NCBI GenBank assembly: GCA_963818775.1
Contig: CAWFUF010000029.1
Span: forward strand, 1,918 to 65,917
Length of the DNA stretch: 64,000 bases
Reading direction: 5' to 3'
Source: an uncultured Alphaproteobacteria bacterium
Lineage (GTDB): Bacteria; Pseudomonadota; Alphaproteobacteria; Acetobacterales; Acetobacteraceae
Positions 33,641-42,949 of this stretch are shown one piece after another (position 1 is the stretch's first letter; the number at the start of each line of letters is the position of its first letter). The notes beneath the pieces were generated by a model. That model saw nothing but the letters and a program-made list of their open reading frames with translations, was not told the origin of the DNA and made no database searches. Both the position numbers and the translations under genes were made by a program.

Positions 33641-36600
33641 GCCGCCTTCGCCTGGCTGGCAATGCGCTCGAGATTCCCCAGAGCGTCGCGCGCGAAGCGC
33701 AAGCGCGTCGCCACATCCATCTCGCGCGAGATCGCCAGCTTGTGGTCGGGGCGCAGGCGCACCAGACCGCCCTTGCTGGCAAGCCAGGACACCAGCCCCG
33801 CCGGATTGGAAAATGCATTGCCGCGGAAGCTGAGCAGCATGCCCTTTGGCCCGGCCTCCAGCTTCTCCACACCCGCCTCGCGGCACGCGCGCTTCAGCGC
33901 CACCACCTGTAGCAGGTTCTCGACTTCCTGCGGCAACGGTCCGAAGCGGTCCACCAATTCCGCCGCCATCGCCTCAGTCTCGGCATCCGACGCCAACGCG
34001 CCGATCCGGCGATACAAGCCGAGCCGAACCGGCAGGTCGCGCACGTAGGCTTCGGGGATCAGCACCGGCAGACCGAGAGAAATGTTCGGTGTCCAGTCGC
34101 GTTCCTGCCCGCCGCGTCTCCCCTCACCGGCACGCAGTTCCGCGACAGCGTCCTCCAGCATCTGCTGGTAAAGCTCGATGCCGACCTCGCGGATATGCCC
34201 GGACTGCTCGTCGCCCAGCAGATTGCCGGCACCGCGGATATCCAGGTCGTGGCTGGCCAGCGTGAAGCCCGCACCCAGCGCGTCAAGCGTCTGCATCACG
34301 GTCAGCCGCTTCTCCGCCGCAGCAGACAGCCGCATGTTCGGCGGCCAGGTGAGGTACGCGTAGCCGCGCTGCTTGCCTCGCCCGACGCGGCCGCGCAACT
34401 GATAGAGCTGCCCGAGCCCAAACATGTCTGCGCGGTGAATCACCAGCGTATTGACCGCCGGCATGTCCAGGCCGCTCTCCACGATGTTGGTGGAGAGCAG
34501 GATGTCGAACCGCCCGTCACCGAACTCGGTCATTACCCGTTCGAGCTCGGTGGGTGCCAGCCTGCCATGCGCCTGCGCCATACGCGCCTCCGGCACGATC
34601 TCGGCGAGGCGTTCGGCGATGCGCGGAAGATCCTCGATGCGTGGCACGACGCAGAACACCTGGCCGCCGCGGAAGCGTTCGCGCTGGAGCGCCTCGCGGA
34701 TGACCACCGCATCGAACGGCATGATGAACGTGCGCACTGCCAGGCGATCAACCGGCGGCGTACTGATGAGACTCATCTCCCGCACGCCCGTCAGTGCCAG
34801 TTGCAACGTGCGCGGGATCGGCGTTGCGGTCAGCGTCAGAACGTGCACATCCGCCTTGAGCTGCTTCAGCCGTTCCTTGTGCGCGACGCCGAAATGCTGC
34901 TCCTCGTCCACCACCAGCAGCGCAAGATCGGCAAACTCCACCGACTTCGCCAGCAGCGCGTGCGTACCAATCACGATGTTGATCGTCCCGTCGGTGATGC
35001 CGCGCCGAACCTCGGCTGCCTCCTTCGCCGGCACCATGCGCGAGAGCTGTGCGACCTTCACCGGCAGACCGGCAAAACGCTCGGAGAAGGTGCGGAAATG
35101 CTGCCGCGCCAGCAGCGTTGTCGGCACCACAACCGCAACCTGCCCGCCTGACATTGCGGCGATGAACGCCGCACGCAGCGCCACCTCGGTCTTGCCGAAG
35201 CCCACATCGCCGCAGATCAGCCGGTCCATTGGCCGCCCCGAGGCCAGATCCTCCAGCACGTCGGCAATGGCGCGCGCCTGATCGTCGGTTTCGGCAAACG
35301 GGAAGCGGGCGCAGAACTCGTCCCACGCGCCTTCGCTCGGCGCCATTATCGCGGCATCGCGGATCTTGCGCGCCGCGGCGATGCGGATGAGCTGGTCCGC
35401 CATGTCGCGGATGCGCTGCTTCATCCGCGCCTTGCGCGACTGCCAGGCGACGCCACCCAGCTTGTCGAGCGCGACGCCCTGCGATTCGCTGCCGAAGCGC
35501 GACAGCATTTCGATGTTCTCGACCGGCAGGAACAGTTTCTCGCCGCCGTCGTAGATCAGTCGCAGGCAATCATGCGGCGCACTGGTGACCGTCAGCGTTT
35601 CCAGCCCGTCATACCGGCCAATGCCGTATTCCTGATGCACCACGAGGTCGCCCTCGGCGATCTCCGTCGCTTCCGCGATGAACTGGTCGGCGCGCTTGCG
35701 GCGGCGCGGCGGTCGGCTGATGCGCTCGCCGAGCAGGTCCTGCTCACCCACCAGCGCGAGTTCATCGGCGACAAAGCCACGCTCCACACCCAGCGTGACC
35801 AGCGACACCGAGCCCACCGGCTTGCGGCGGATCGTCGCCCAACCATCCTCCTGCGCGGGGTCCTTGAAGCCGTGCTCACGCAGCAGGTTGGCGAGCCGCT
35901 CGCGTGAGCCGCGGGTCCAGGCGGCCACGACGATCCGACGGCCCTCGCCATTCCAGCGTTCGGCCTGACCGTGCAACTGCTCGAACACATTGGTGCCCGG
36001 ACCGCTGCCGCCTTGGAAGAACACCGGTCCCGGGCGGCCGCCGCCATCGACGCCGACCGCGCCGTCCGGCCTGGCGAACGGCGAGAACGCAAACAGCGGT
36101 CCCTCGGCCAACATCGCATTCCAGTCGGCCTTGTCGAGATACAGCCGATCAGGTGGCAGCGGCCGATAGGGAACCTCGCCGTCACGTGGCACCAGGCGGC
36201 GTGCGGCGTAGTGGTCCTCGATCATCTCCAGCCGCGCCGCCAGCACCTCGTCTGCCTGGTGGTCCAGGCTGACCGAGGCGCCCGGCAGATAGTCGAGCAG
36301 AGTCTCCATCCGATCATGGAACAGCGGCACCCAGTGCTCCATGCCTGGATGTCGTCGGCCCTCCGAGATTGATAGGTAGATCGGATCCTCGGCCGCCGGC
36401 TGGCCGAAGATGTCACGCCAGCCCGAACGGAAGCGAGAGATCGCATCGGGGTCGAGCGGCACCTCCGACACCGGCCGAAGGGTCAGGCGCTGTCGGCGAT
36501 CGGCGCTGCGCTGGGTGGCGGGATCAAAGATCCGGATCGACTCGATGGTGTCGCCGAACAGGTCGAGCCGCACCGGATCGGACTCACCGGCGGGAAAGAC

Positions 36601-37080
36601 GTCGATGATACCGCCGCGCATGGCGTATTCGCCCGGCTCCATGACCGTGCCGGCACGGCCATACCCGCTGGCTTCCAGGAAGCGCGCGAGCTTCTCGGGC
36701 TGCACGGTACCGTTGGTGCGCAACTCAAGGCTGGCACCGCCAAACGCGGCCCGTGGCGGCACGCGCTGCACCAGCGCGTTCACCGTGGTCAGCACGATGC
36801 GCGGACCGGTCGGCTTCTCCAGCAGGCGCGCCAGCGTGGCGATGCGCTCCGACACCAATGCAGGATTGGGCGACACACGGTCGTACGGGAGGCAGTCCCA
36901 GGCGGGGAAGCGCAGCACTTCCGCTTCCGGCGCCACGAAGGCCAGTGCCTCCGCCAGCCGCGCCATTCGCGCGTCATCGCGCGTTACATGGACGACGGGA
37001 CCCGCAAACTCACCACGACGGCGGGCGAGCAGGAAGGCGTCCCAACCCTCGGGGGCGCCGAAGACCGGTGTGGCGGTCAT
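33637..37080 (-). CDS. mfd: transcription-repair coupling factor
   Basis: About 1150 aa. CarD-like DLVVHQEYGIGRY, helicase motifs GDVGFGKTEVA, DEEQHFGV, LTLTATPIPRT and YQLRGRVGR, plus a TRG region. Start at ATG 37080, overlapping the sdhE stop. Confidence 0.95.
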   Translation of the reverse strand: MTATPVFGAPEGWDAFLLARRRGEFAGPVVHVTRDDARMARLAEALAFVAPEAEVLRFPAWDCLPYDRVSPNPALVSERIATLARLLEKPTGPRIVLTTVNALVQRVPPRAAFGGASLELRTNGTVQPEKLARFLEASGYGRAGTVMEPGEYAMRGGIIDVFPAGESDPVRLDLFGDTIESIRIFDPATQRSADRRQRLTLRPVSEVPLDPDAISRFRSGWRDIFGQPAAEDPIYLSISEGRRHPGMEHWVPLFHDRMETLLDYLPGASVSLDHQADEVLAARLEMIEDHYAARRLVPRDGEVPYRPLPPDRLYLDKADWNAMLAEGPLFAFSPFARPDGAVGVDGGGRPGPVFFQGGSGPGTNVFEQLHGQAERWNGEGRRIVVAAWTRGSRERLANLLREHGFKDPAQEDGWATIRRKPVGSVSLVTLGVERGFVADELALVGEQDLLGERISRPPRRRKRADQFIAEATEIAEGDLVVHQEYGIGRYDGLETLTVTSAPHDCLRLIYDGGEKLFLPVENIEMLSRFGSESQGVALDKLGGVAWQSRKARMKQRIRDMADQLIRIAAARKIRDAAIMAPSEGAWDEFCARFPFAETDDQARAIADVLEDLASGRPMDRLICGDVGFGKTEVALRAAFIAAMSGGQVAVVVPTTLLARQHFRTFSERFAGLPVKVAQLSRMVPAKEAAEVRRGITDGTINIVIGTHALLAKSVEFADLALLVVDEEQHFGVAHKERLKQLKADVHVLTLTATPIPRTLQLALTGVREMSLISTPPVDRLAVRTFIMPFDAVVIREALQRERFRGGQVFCVVPRIEDLPRIAERLAEIVPEARMAQAHGRLAPTELERVMTEFGDGRFDILLSTNIVESGLDMPAVNTLVIHRADMFGLGQLYQLRGRVGRGKQRGYAYLTWPPNMRLSAAAEKRLTVMQTLDALGAGFTLASHDLDIRGAGNLLGDEQSGHIREVGIELYQQMLEDAVAELRAGEGRRGGQERDWTPNISLGLPVLIPEAYVRDLPVRLGLYRRIGALASDAETEAMAAELVDRFGPLPQEVENLLQVVALKRACREAGVEKLEAGPKGMLLSFRGNAFSNPAGLVSWLASKGGLVRLRPDHKLAISREMDVATRLRFARDALGNLERIASQAKAA

Positions 37081-37403
37081 CGCTCGCCCCCTCCCCCCGA
37101 GCCCCTCCCGCAAGGGGAGGGAGAGGACTGTGCACCGCCGGCCTCGCTCTGCACACGCCGCAGCATCGGGCTGTCCGCCTCCGCCGGGATTGGCAGGCGC
37201 CCGGTGAGCCAGTCCGCCAGGTCGTTTTCCGGCAGTTCGAGCAGTGCCTCCAAAGCCGCAAGCTCCGACTCGCGCATTGAGTCTATGTGCCGTCGCACGA
37301 AGCCCCCGAGCAGGATGTCGTTCTCGTACGTCCCGCGATGGGTGGCGCGATACAGGAGACGGCGGCGCCTCGCATCCATGGAGGCTGATTCTGGTTCACT
37401 CAT
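37077..37403 (-). CDS. sdhE: FAD assembly factor SdhE (DUF339)
   Basis: RRRRLLYRATHRGTYENDILLGGF...ELAALEALLELPENDLADWLTG. The last about 15 codons run through a REP1 element. Confidence 0.8.
   Translation of the reverse strand: MSEPESASMDARRRRLLYRATHRGTYENDILLGGFVRRHIDSMRESELAALEALLELPENDLADWLTGRLPIPAEADSPMLRRVQSEAGGAQSSPSPCGRGSGGGGER
37086..37127. repeat. REP1-family element (CCCTCCC-GCAAG-GGGAGGG hairpin with C-rich flank)
   Basis: GCCCCCTCCCCCCGAGCCCCTCCCGCAAGGGGAGGGAGAGGA is near-identical to the copy at 42879. Confidence 0.7.
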
Positions 37404-37446
37404 CGGCGCGGTGTCATATAGCCGCGCAATAACCCGATGTCAGCCC

Positions 37447-39501
37447 GTGGACCATGATCCGCTCACGCCGCTGTTCTCGCCGCTGACCACGCTGAAGGGC
37501 GTCGGCCCGACGGTCGGAGCACTGATCGCCAAGGTGGCAGGCGGCGAACGCGTGATTGACCTGCTGTTCCACCTACCCGAATCCTATCTGGATCGCCGCC
37601 AGCGCCCGACAATCGCTCAGGCGCGACCGGGCCAGGTCGCGACCTTGGCAGTGGAGGTGGTGCGAATCGAGCCGCCCGCCAATGCGCGTCAGCCATGGCG
37701 GGTGGTGGTGATCGACGGGACCGGGTCCGCCGATCTGGTCTTCTTCAAGTTCAATCGGGAACGGCAGATGCCGGTCGGCGCGAAGCTGCTGGTGTCCGGC
37801 AAGGTCGAGCTGTTCAGCGGTCGCCGCACGATGTCGCATCCCGAGCACGTGGTTCCCGCCGACCGGCCCGAACTGCTGCCTGCGATCGAGCCGGTATGGC
37901 CGCTGACCGGCGGCCTCTGGCCACGTCAGGTCGCCACCGCGATGGCGCAGGCGCTGACGCGGCTGCCTTCGTTTCCCGAATGGCACGACGTGGCCCTGTT
38001 ACGGCGAGAGAAATGGCCGGACTTCGCCGAGGGCCTGCGCGCGGTTCAGGCGCCGTCGGAGATGCCGGCAGCCGTCAACCGGTCCCGGCTCGCCTACGAC
38101 GAACTGCTGGCCGATCAGGTGGCGCTCGCGATCATCCGCGGCCGGCTGCGCCTGCGGCCTGGCCGCGGCCTGACCGGCGACGGCACGCTACGCGCCAAGG
38201 CGCTTTCGCGTTTCGGCCATGCGCTCACCGGCTCGCAGCAGCAGGCGCTGGCTGAGATTGATGCCGATCTGGCGTCCGACCGGCGGATGCTGCGGCTGCT
38301 GCAAGGTGACGTCGGTTCCGGCAAGACTGTAGTGGCGCTGTTGGCGATGCTGCGTGCGGTCGAGGCCGGGAAGCAGGCCGCGATGATGGCGCCGACCGAG
38401 GTGTTGGCGAAGCAGCATCACCGCACGCTGTCGCGTCTGTCGCCGGCTCCAGTGGCGCTGCTGACCGGTGGCGTGAAAGGGCGCGCCCGGGCGCAGTTGC
38501 TGCGCGGACTGAAGGATGGCTCGGTGCCGCTTGTCGTCGGCACCCACGCGCTGTTCCAGGAGAGCGTGGAGTATTACGACCTGGCGCTGGCAGTGATCGA
38601 CGAGCAGCATCGGTTCGGCGTGGATCAGCGGCTGCTGCTGGGCGGCAAGGGCGAACTCACCGACGTGCTGGTGATGACCGCGACGCCGATCCCGCGCACG
38701 CTGCTGCTGACGCAATGGGGTGAAATGGAGGTCAGTCGCCTTACCGAGAAGCCGCCCGGGCGGCAGGCGGTACGAACGTCGCTGCACTCGCTGGGCACCT
38801 TGCCCGACCTGTGGGATGCAGTGGCACGCAAGCTGGACGAGGGCGCGCAGGTCTATTGGGTGTGCCCGCTGATTGCGGAGAGCGAGGCGGTCGATCTGGC
38901 TGCGGCCGAGGCGCGCTTCGCGGTGCTGCGGGAACGGTTCGGCGAGGTGGTGGGGCTCGCGCACGGCCAGCAGGACGCTACGGTGCGTGATGCGACGCTG
39001 GCGGCATTTGCGGCGGGTGGATGCCGGCTGCTGGTGGCGACGACGGTCGTGGAGGTCGGCGTCGATGTGCCGGCGGCGACGGTGATGGTGATCGAGCATG
39101 CCGAACGCTTCGGACTGGCGCAGTTGCACCAGTTGCGCGGGCGCGTCGGACGTGGGGTCGCGGCGAGTTTCTGCCTGCTGCTGCACGAGGAGTGGGTGAA
39201 TGACGTGGCCAAACGCCGGCTGACGTTGCTGCGCGATACCGATGATGGATTCCTGATCGCGGACGAGGATTTCCGGCTGCGCGGCGGTGGGGATTTGCTT
39301 GGGACGAAGCAGTCGGGAATGCCGGGGTTCCGGTTGGCCGATCCGATCGAGCACGAAGGACTGCTGCACATGGCAAACCGCGACGCCGCTGTGCTGCTGC
39401 AGAACGATCCGAAGCTCACGTCGGATCGCGGGCGCGCCGTGCGCATTCTGCTGCGACTGTTTGAAAAGGCCGCGGCGATGCGCACGTTGGCTGCCGGGTG
39501 A
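37447..39501 (+). CDS. recG: ATP-dependent DNA helicase RecG
   Basis: GTG start (VDHDPLTPLFSPLTTLKGVGP). Wedge/OB region, helicase motifs GDVGSGKTVVA, DEQHRFGV, MTATPIPRT and HQLRGRVGRG. Confidence 0.9.
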   Translation: MDHDPLTPLFSPLTTLKGVGPTVGALIAKVAGGERVIDLLFHLPESYLDRRQRPTIAQARPGQVATLAVEVVRIEPPANARQPWRVVVIDGTGSADLVFFKFNRERQMPVGAKLLVSGKVELFSGRRTMSHPEHVVPADRPELLPAIEPVWPLTGGLWPRQVATAMAQALTRLPSFPEWHDVALLRREKWPDFAEGLRAVQAPSEMPAAVNRSRLAYDELLADQVALAIIRGRLRLRPGRGLTGDGTLRAKALSRFGHALTGSQQQALAEIDADLASDRRMLRLLQGDVGSGKTVVALLAMLRAVEAGKQAAMMAPTEVLAKQHHRTLSRLSPAPVALLTGGVKGRARAQLLRGLKDGSVPLVVGTHALFQESVEYYDLALAVIDEQHRFGVDQRLLLGGKGELTDVLVMTATPIPRTLLLTQWGEMEVSRLTEKPPGRQAVRTSLHSLGTLPDLWDAVARKLDEGAQVYWVCPLIAESEAVDLAAAEARFAVLRERFGEVVGLAHGQQDATVRDATLAAFAAGGCRLLVATTVVEVGVDVPAATVMVIEHAERFGLAQLHQLRGRVGRGVAASFCLLLHEEWVNDVAKRRLTLLRDTDDGFLIADEDFRLRGGGDLLGTKQSGMPGFRLADPIEHEGLLHMANRDAAVLLQNDPKLTSDRGRAVRILLRLFEKAAAMRTLAAG

Positions 39502-39517
39502 GAAAGGAAGAATTTAA

Positions 39518-39554
39518 CGCAGATAAGAGTCAGATGCACGCAAAACACGCAAAT
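39518..39554 (+). repeat. left inverted repeat of the cassette
   Basis: CGCAGATAAGAGTCAGATGCACGCAAAACACGCAAAT. Confidence 0.7.
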
Positions 39555-39567
39555 GGTCCGGTGTGGT

Positions 39568-39960
39568 TCACAGGTCTCGGACTACACGTCGGATCTCCAG
39601 GCGCGATCTGCCAAAGTTCAGCAGCAGACAAAGCCGCAGGCCGGTCGCTTTGAGATAGTTTGCGCATTGCATCCGGTGCGCGTCGTCCAGTGCCTTGACA
39701 ACCTTCAGCTCAACCAATAGCACATTCTCAACCAACAGGGTCCGCAAAGTATTCACAAACCACTATGTCATTGTAGTGCACCGTGACACTACATTGCTGC
39801 ACAACCGCGAAGCCCGCGGCACGCAGTTCGTATGCCAATGATTCTCATAGACCTTTTCGAGGAACCCAGTCCCGAGCGTGTTGAGCACAGTGAGCGCGCA
39901 GCCGATCAAACGCCCCGATAGATCATTCAGTCTGTCGCTATTTGCGTGTTCCGCGTGCAT
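39568..39960 (-). pseudogene. GxxExxY-type PD-(D/E)XK nuclease-superfamily gene with two compensating frameshifts
   Basis: N-terminal part MHAEHANSDRLNDLSGRLIGCALTVLNTLGTGFLEKVYEN. The middle part is readable only in another frame (ALAYELRAAGFAVVQQCSVTVHYNDIVV.EYFAD). The C-terminal part is back in the first frame (LLVENVLLVELKVVKALDDAHRMQCANYLKATGLRLCLLLNFGRSRLEIRRVV). An in-frame TAG lies at about 39763. Confidence 0.65.
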
Positions 39961-39976
39961 CTGCTTCTTATCTGCG
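39940..39976 (-). repeat. right inverted repeat of the cassette (contains the start codon of the GxxExxY gene)
   Basis: The reverse complement CGCAGATAAGAAGCAGATGCACGCGGAACACGCAAAT matches the left repeat at 33/37. Confidence 0.7.
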
Positions 39977-40117
39977 ATTACTGTAATACTTACTTCCTTG
40001 CCAATGCTGCCCACCGGCTGGTTACGGAAGTGTCGATGGATTGCGTCAGCTATTGCCTCGCGCTCGGTGCCGGTTCTAGCGTCACGCTCTCGTCTCGGAA
40101 GCAAGGAGTTCCACGCC

Positions 40118-41203
40118 ATGCGTTCCTGGATCCACCACACCAAGGGCCGCCACGTGCGTCAGGCTCGCGTCGGTCTCGGCGACCTGCGCGAAGAGCACAT
40201 CAGCCGCCAGGGCTTCGCGGGCCCCGTCGCGATGATCTATCGCGAGCGCGGGCCCAATGAGGTCGTGCGCGTCGAAGGCACGCTGTATCCACGCCGTGTC
40301 GCGGATACAGCCCGCGTCGAGCCCTCCGACATGACCGATCCGCGTGGCATGCCGGAGGTGATGCTGTCGAACGCCGATGTCAGCGTTGCCGTCAGCCGGC
40401 GCACCGCGGCGATGCCGTACGCTTACCGCAACACCGATGGCGATCTGCTGTACTTCGTGCACCAAGGCACCGGCCGGTTCGCGACCGAGTTCGGGCCGCT
40501 CGCCTATGAACCGGGCGACTACGTGCTGATCCCCAAGGGAATCACCTTCAGCGTCATGCCGGATGCCGGGGACAGCCACATGCTGGTGGTGGAGTCCCCT
40601 GCCCCGCTGTCACTCACCGAACATCAGCAAGTCGGTCGCCACATGCCGGTCGATCCCACAGTGCTGGTTCTGCCGGAATTGCACGACCAGCGCTGGCCGC
40701 AACGCGACGAATGGGAGCTGCGGGTCAAGCACGGCGGCGCGCACAGCTCCATCTTCTATCGCAACAACCCTTTGGCGTCGGTCGGCTGGAAGGGCGACCT
40801 GTTCCCCTACAAGCTGAACATCCGCGACATCATCCCGATCAGCTCCGATCGCATCCATATCGCGCCGTCGGCCTGGTGCACGTTTCAGGCGACGGGCTTC
40901 GTGGTGATCAGCTTCGTGCCGCAGATCGCGGTCGCCGATCTGAATGCCGAGGAGCTGCCGTCATATCACCGCAACGTCGACAACGACGAGAGCGTTTTCG
41001 TGCATCACGATCAATCGGGTAGTCGCAAGCCGGGCATGCTCTCGCACACGCCGCAGGGCATCCTGCACGGCGCCGACGAAGCAACCCGCGCCGCATTCCA
41101 GAAGCGGCGCACGCCGGGAATGCGGCGAACACTCTGCGGGGTCAGCGTCGATACCGACCGGCGGCTGATGGTGTCAGCGGTGTATGAGCGCCTGACGCAG
41201 TAG
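40118..41203 (+). CDS. homogentisate 1,2-dioxygenase-family cupin protein (short form)
   Basis: AAGGAG RBS, 361 aa. GDLLYFVHQGTGRFATEFGPLAYEPGDYVLIPKG, SYHRNVDNDE and HTPQGILHG. Confidence 0.7.
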   Translation: MRSWIHHTKGRHVRQARVGLGDLREEHISRQGFAGPVAMIYRERGPNEVVRVEGTLYPRRVADTARVEPSDMTDPRGMPEVMLSNADVSVAVSRRTAAMPYAYRNTDGDLLYFVHQGTGRFATEFGPLAYEPGDYVLIPKGITFSVMPDAGDSHMLVVESPAPLSLTEHQQVGRHMPVDPTVLVLPELHDQRWPQRDEWELRVKHGGAHSSIFYRNNPLASVGWKGDLFPYKLNIRDIIPISSDRIHIAPSAWCTFQATGFVVISFVPQIAVADLNAEELPSYHRNVDNDESVFVHHDQSGSRKPGMLSHTPQGILHGADEATRAAFQKRRTPGMRRTLCGVSVDTDRRLMVSAVYERLTQ

Positions 41204-41208
41204 CGCCG

Positions 41209-41991
41209 TTAGTCCTTGTAGTCCGGCTCCCGTTTGTCGAGCATCCGCTTCAGCGCATCGAAGTGCCACTGGTACGGCGGCCGGCCGCCGTACCCTTCGC
41301 CCTTGCGATAGGCCGCGAACGTCGCCTCGATCACATCGTCCGGCAGGAACCTCAACGGCCGCCCGCTCGACATGGCGAGAATCTGCACCTGCGCCACGCG
41401 CTCGGTGTAGTAGAGCAGATCATACGCCTCGGCGACCGACTTGCCTACCGTGGCAACGCCGTGGTTCGCCATCATCAGCACCTTCTTGTCGCCGATCACG
41501 CCGGCCAACCTTTCGCCCTCTTCCGGATCGATCGCCGGTCCGGCGTAGGTGTTGTCGTAGCCGGTCAGCATCATTATGCCGAGTTCGGTCTGGCCGATCG
41601 GCAGGATGCGCTGGTCCTCCAGCCGCGTCAGCGCACTGGCGTACGGCATGTGCGTGTGGAACACGGCGGCACCGTCGGGCAGCAGCCGGTGCATCGGTGC
41701 GTGGATGCAGTAGGCCGAGCGCTCGATCTCACCCTCACCGGCCAGCAGCGTTCCGTCGTAGCCAACCTCCATGAAGCAGCTCGCGGTCACCTCCGACCAG
41801 TGCAGCCCGAACGGGATCTGATAGTAGCGATCGCTGCGGCCGGGCACGCGCAGCGTCAGGTGATTGAAGATGCCCTCCTGGAAGTCGTGCATCACCGCCA
41901 GGCGATGCGCCGCCGCCAGATCCACCCGCGCCTGCCACTGCGTCGCGGCCACGTCGGTGTCCACATTCCGTTCGATAGATTCCAAAGGCAT
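41209..41991 (-). CDS. class II aldolase/adducin-family protein
   Basis: HLTLRVPG, AVFHTHMPYASAL and MMANHGVATVG. Start at ATG 41991 after an AGGAGAAAAG RBS. Confidence 0.85.
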   Translation of the reverse strand: MPLESIERNVDTDVAATQWQARVDLAAAHRLAVMHDFQEGIFNHLTLRVPGRSDRYYQIPFGLHWSEVTASCFMEVGYDGTLLAGEGEIERSAYCIHAPMHRLLPDGAAVFHTHMPYASALTRLEDQRILPIGQTELGIMMLTGYDNTYAGPAIDPEEGERLAGVIGDKKVLMMANHGVATVGKSVAEAYDLLYYTERVAQVQILAMSSGRPLRFLPDDVIEATFAAYRKGEGYGGRPPYQWHFDALKRMLDKREPDYKD

Positions 41992-42131
41992 CGATCTTTT
42001 CTCCTGCTGGCGGTGCTGCAACGCAGCATAAGGGCGCGTTAAGCCTTTGTCATCCTTGCCACCGCAGCTTGCATTACCTCAGAATTCCGTTATGCCGCCG
42101 CCCGACAGTAGTACCGATGGGGAGGTGCGCG

Positions 42132-42875
42132 GTGAGCGGCGATGGCCAACCCGTGCTGATCGAGATCGCCGGACTGACCAAACGTTTCGGCAGCTTCACT
42201 GCGGTCGACAACGTCACGTTTAACGTGTCGCGTGGCGAGGTACTGGGCTTTCTAGGGCCCAACGGCGCGGGCAAGTCCACCACTATGCGCATGCTGGCGG
42301 GGTTCATGATCCCGACCGCTGGGACCGCGCGCATCTGCGGCCACGACGTGCAGAGCGACGGCGTGGCGGCGCGGCGCGTCCTGGGCTTCCTGCCGGAAGG
42401 CGCGCCGACCTATCCCGAGATGACGGTCGCCGGATTTCTGACGTTCTGCGCCAAGGTGCGCGGCTTCGTCGGCAAGGACCTGACGCAGCGCTTCGAGCAT
42501 GCCGTGGAGCTCACCCGGCTCGGCGGCGTGTTGTTGCAGCCGGTGGAGACGCTGTCGAAAGGCTTCAAGCGCCGCGTCGGTCTGGCGCAGGCGCTGCTGC
42601 ACGATCCACCAGTATTGGTGCTGGACGAACCGACCGATGGCCTGGACCCGAACCAGAAGCACGAGGCGCGCAGCCTGATCGCACAGATGGCACCGCAGAA
42701 GGCGATCGTGATTTCGACGCATATACTTGAGGAGGTCGACGCGGTGTGCACGCGTGCGATCATTATCGCGGCGGGGCGTGTGGTGGCGGATGCAACGCCG
42801 GCGGAGCTGCAGAGCAAGCATCCATCGGGCAAGCTGGATGACGTCTTCCGGCAATTGACGATGGAGGCCGCGTGA
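42132..42875 (+). CDS. ABC transporter ATP-binding protein (ABC-2/GldA-like)
   Basis: Walker A GPNGAGKST, signature LSKGFKRR and Walker B VLVLDEP. GTG 42132 follows a GGGGAGG RBS; the alternative is ATG 42117. Confidence 0.9.
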   Translation: MSGDGQPVLIEIAGLTKRFGSFTAVDNVTFNVSRGEVLGFLGPNGAGKSTTMRMLAGFMIPTAGTARICGHDVQSDGVAARRVLGFLPEGAPTYPEMTVAGFLTFCAKVRGFVGKDLTQRFEHAVELTRLGGVLLQPVETLSKGFKRRVGLAQALLHDPPVLVLDEPTDGLDPNQKHEARSLIAQMAPQKAIVISTHILEEVDAVCTRAIIIAAGRVVADATPAELQSKHPSGKLDDVFRQLTMEAA

Positions 42876-42878
42876 CGC

Positions 42879-42920
42879 GCCCCCTCCCCCCAACCTCCTC
42901 CCGCAAGGGGAGGGGGAGGA
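42879..42920. repeat. REP1-family element
   Basis: GCCCCCTCCCCCCAACCTCCTCCCGCAAGGGGAGGGGGAGGA, starting 4 nt after the ATPase stop. Confidence 0.7.
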
Positions 42921-42949
42921 CGAATTACACCCTTCAGGAGGGGTAGAGC

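Larger units (their letters stand above)
39504..39999. mobile_element. candidate small cassette bounded by inverted repeats, carrying a decayed GxxExxY gene
   Basis: A visibly lower-G+C block directly after the recG stop. The 37-bp inverted repeats match at 33/37, and an inverted AAGGAAG lies just outside each repeat. Confidence 0.3.

Noticed and set aside
38188-39369. A 393-aa ORF antisense to recG.
   Set aside because: It has a His/Arg/Gln-rich composition and no motifs, and it lies entirely inside a gene with unambiguous helicase motifs. This is a typical GC-rich antisense ORF.
40118-41991. The HGD-like cupin and the class II aldolase as one operon or pathway.
   Set aside because: The genes are convergent, with stops 5 nt apart, so they are not co-transcribed. 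Any functional link would be speculation.
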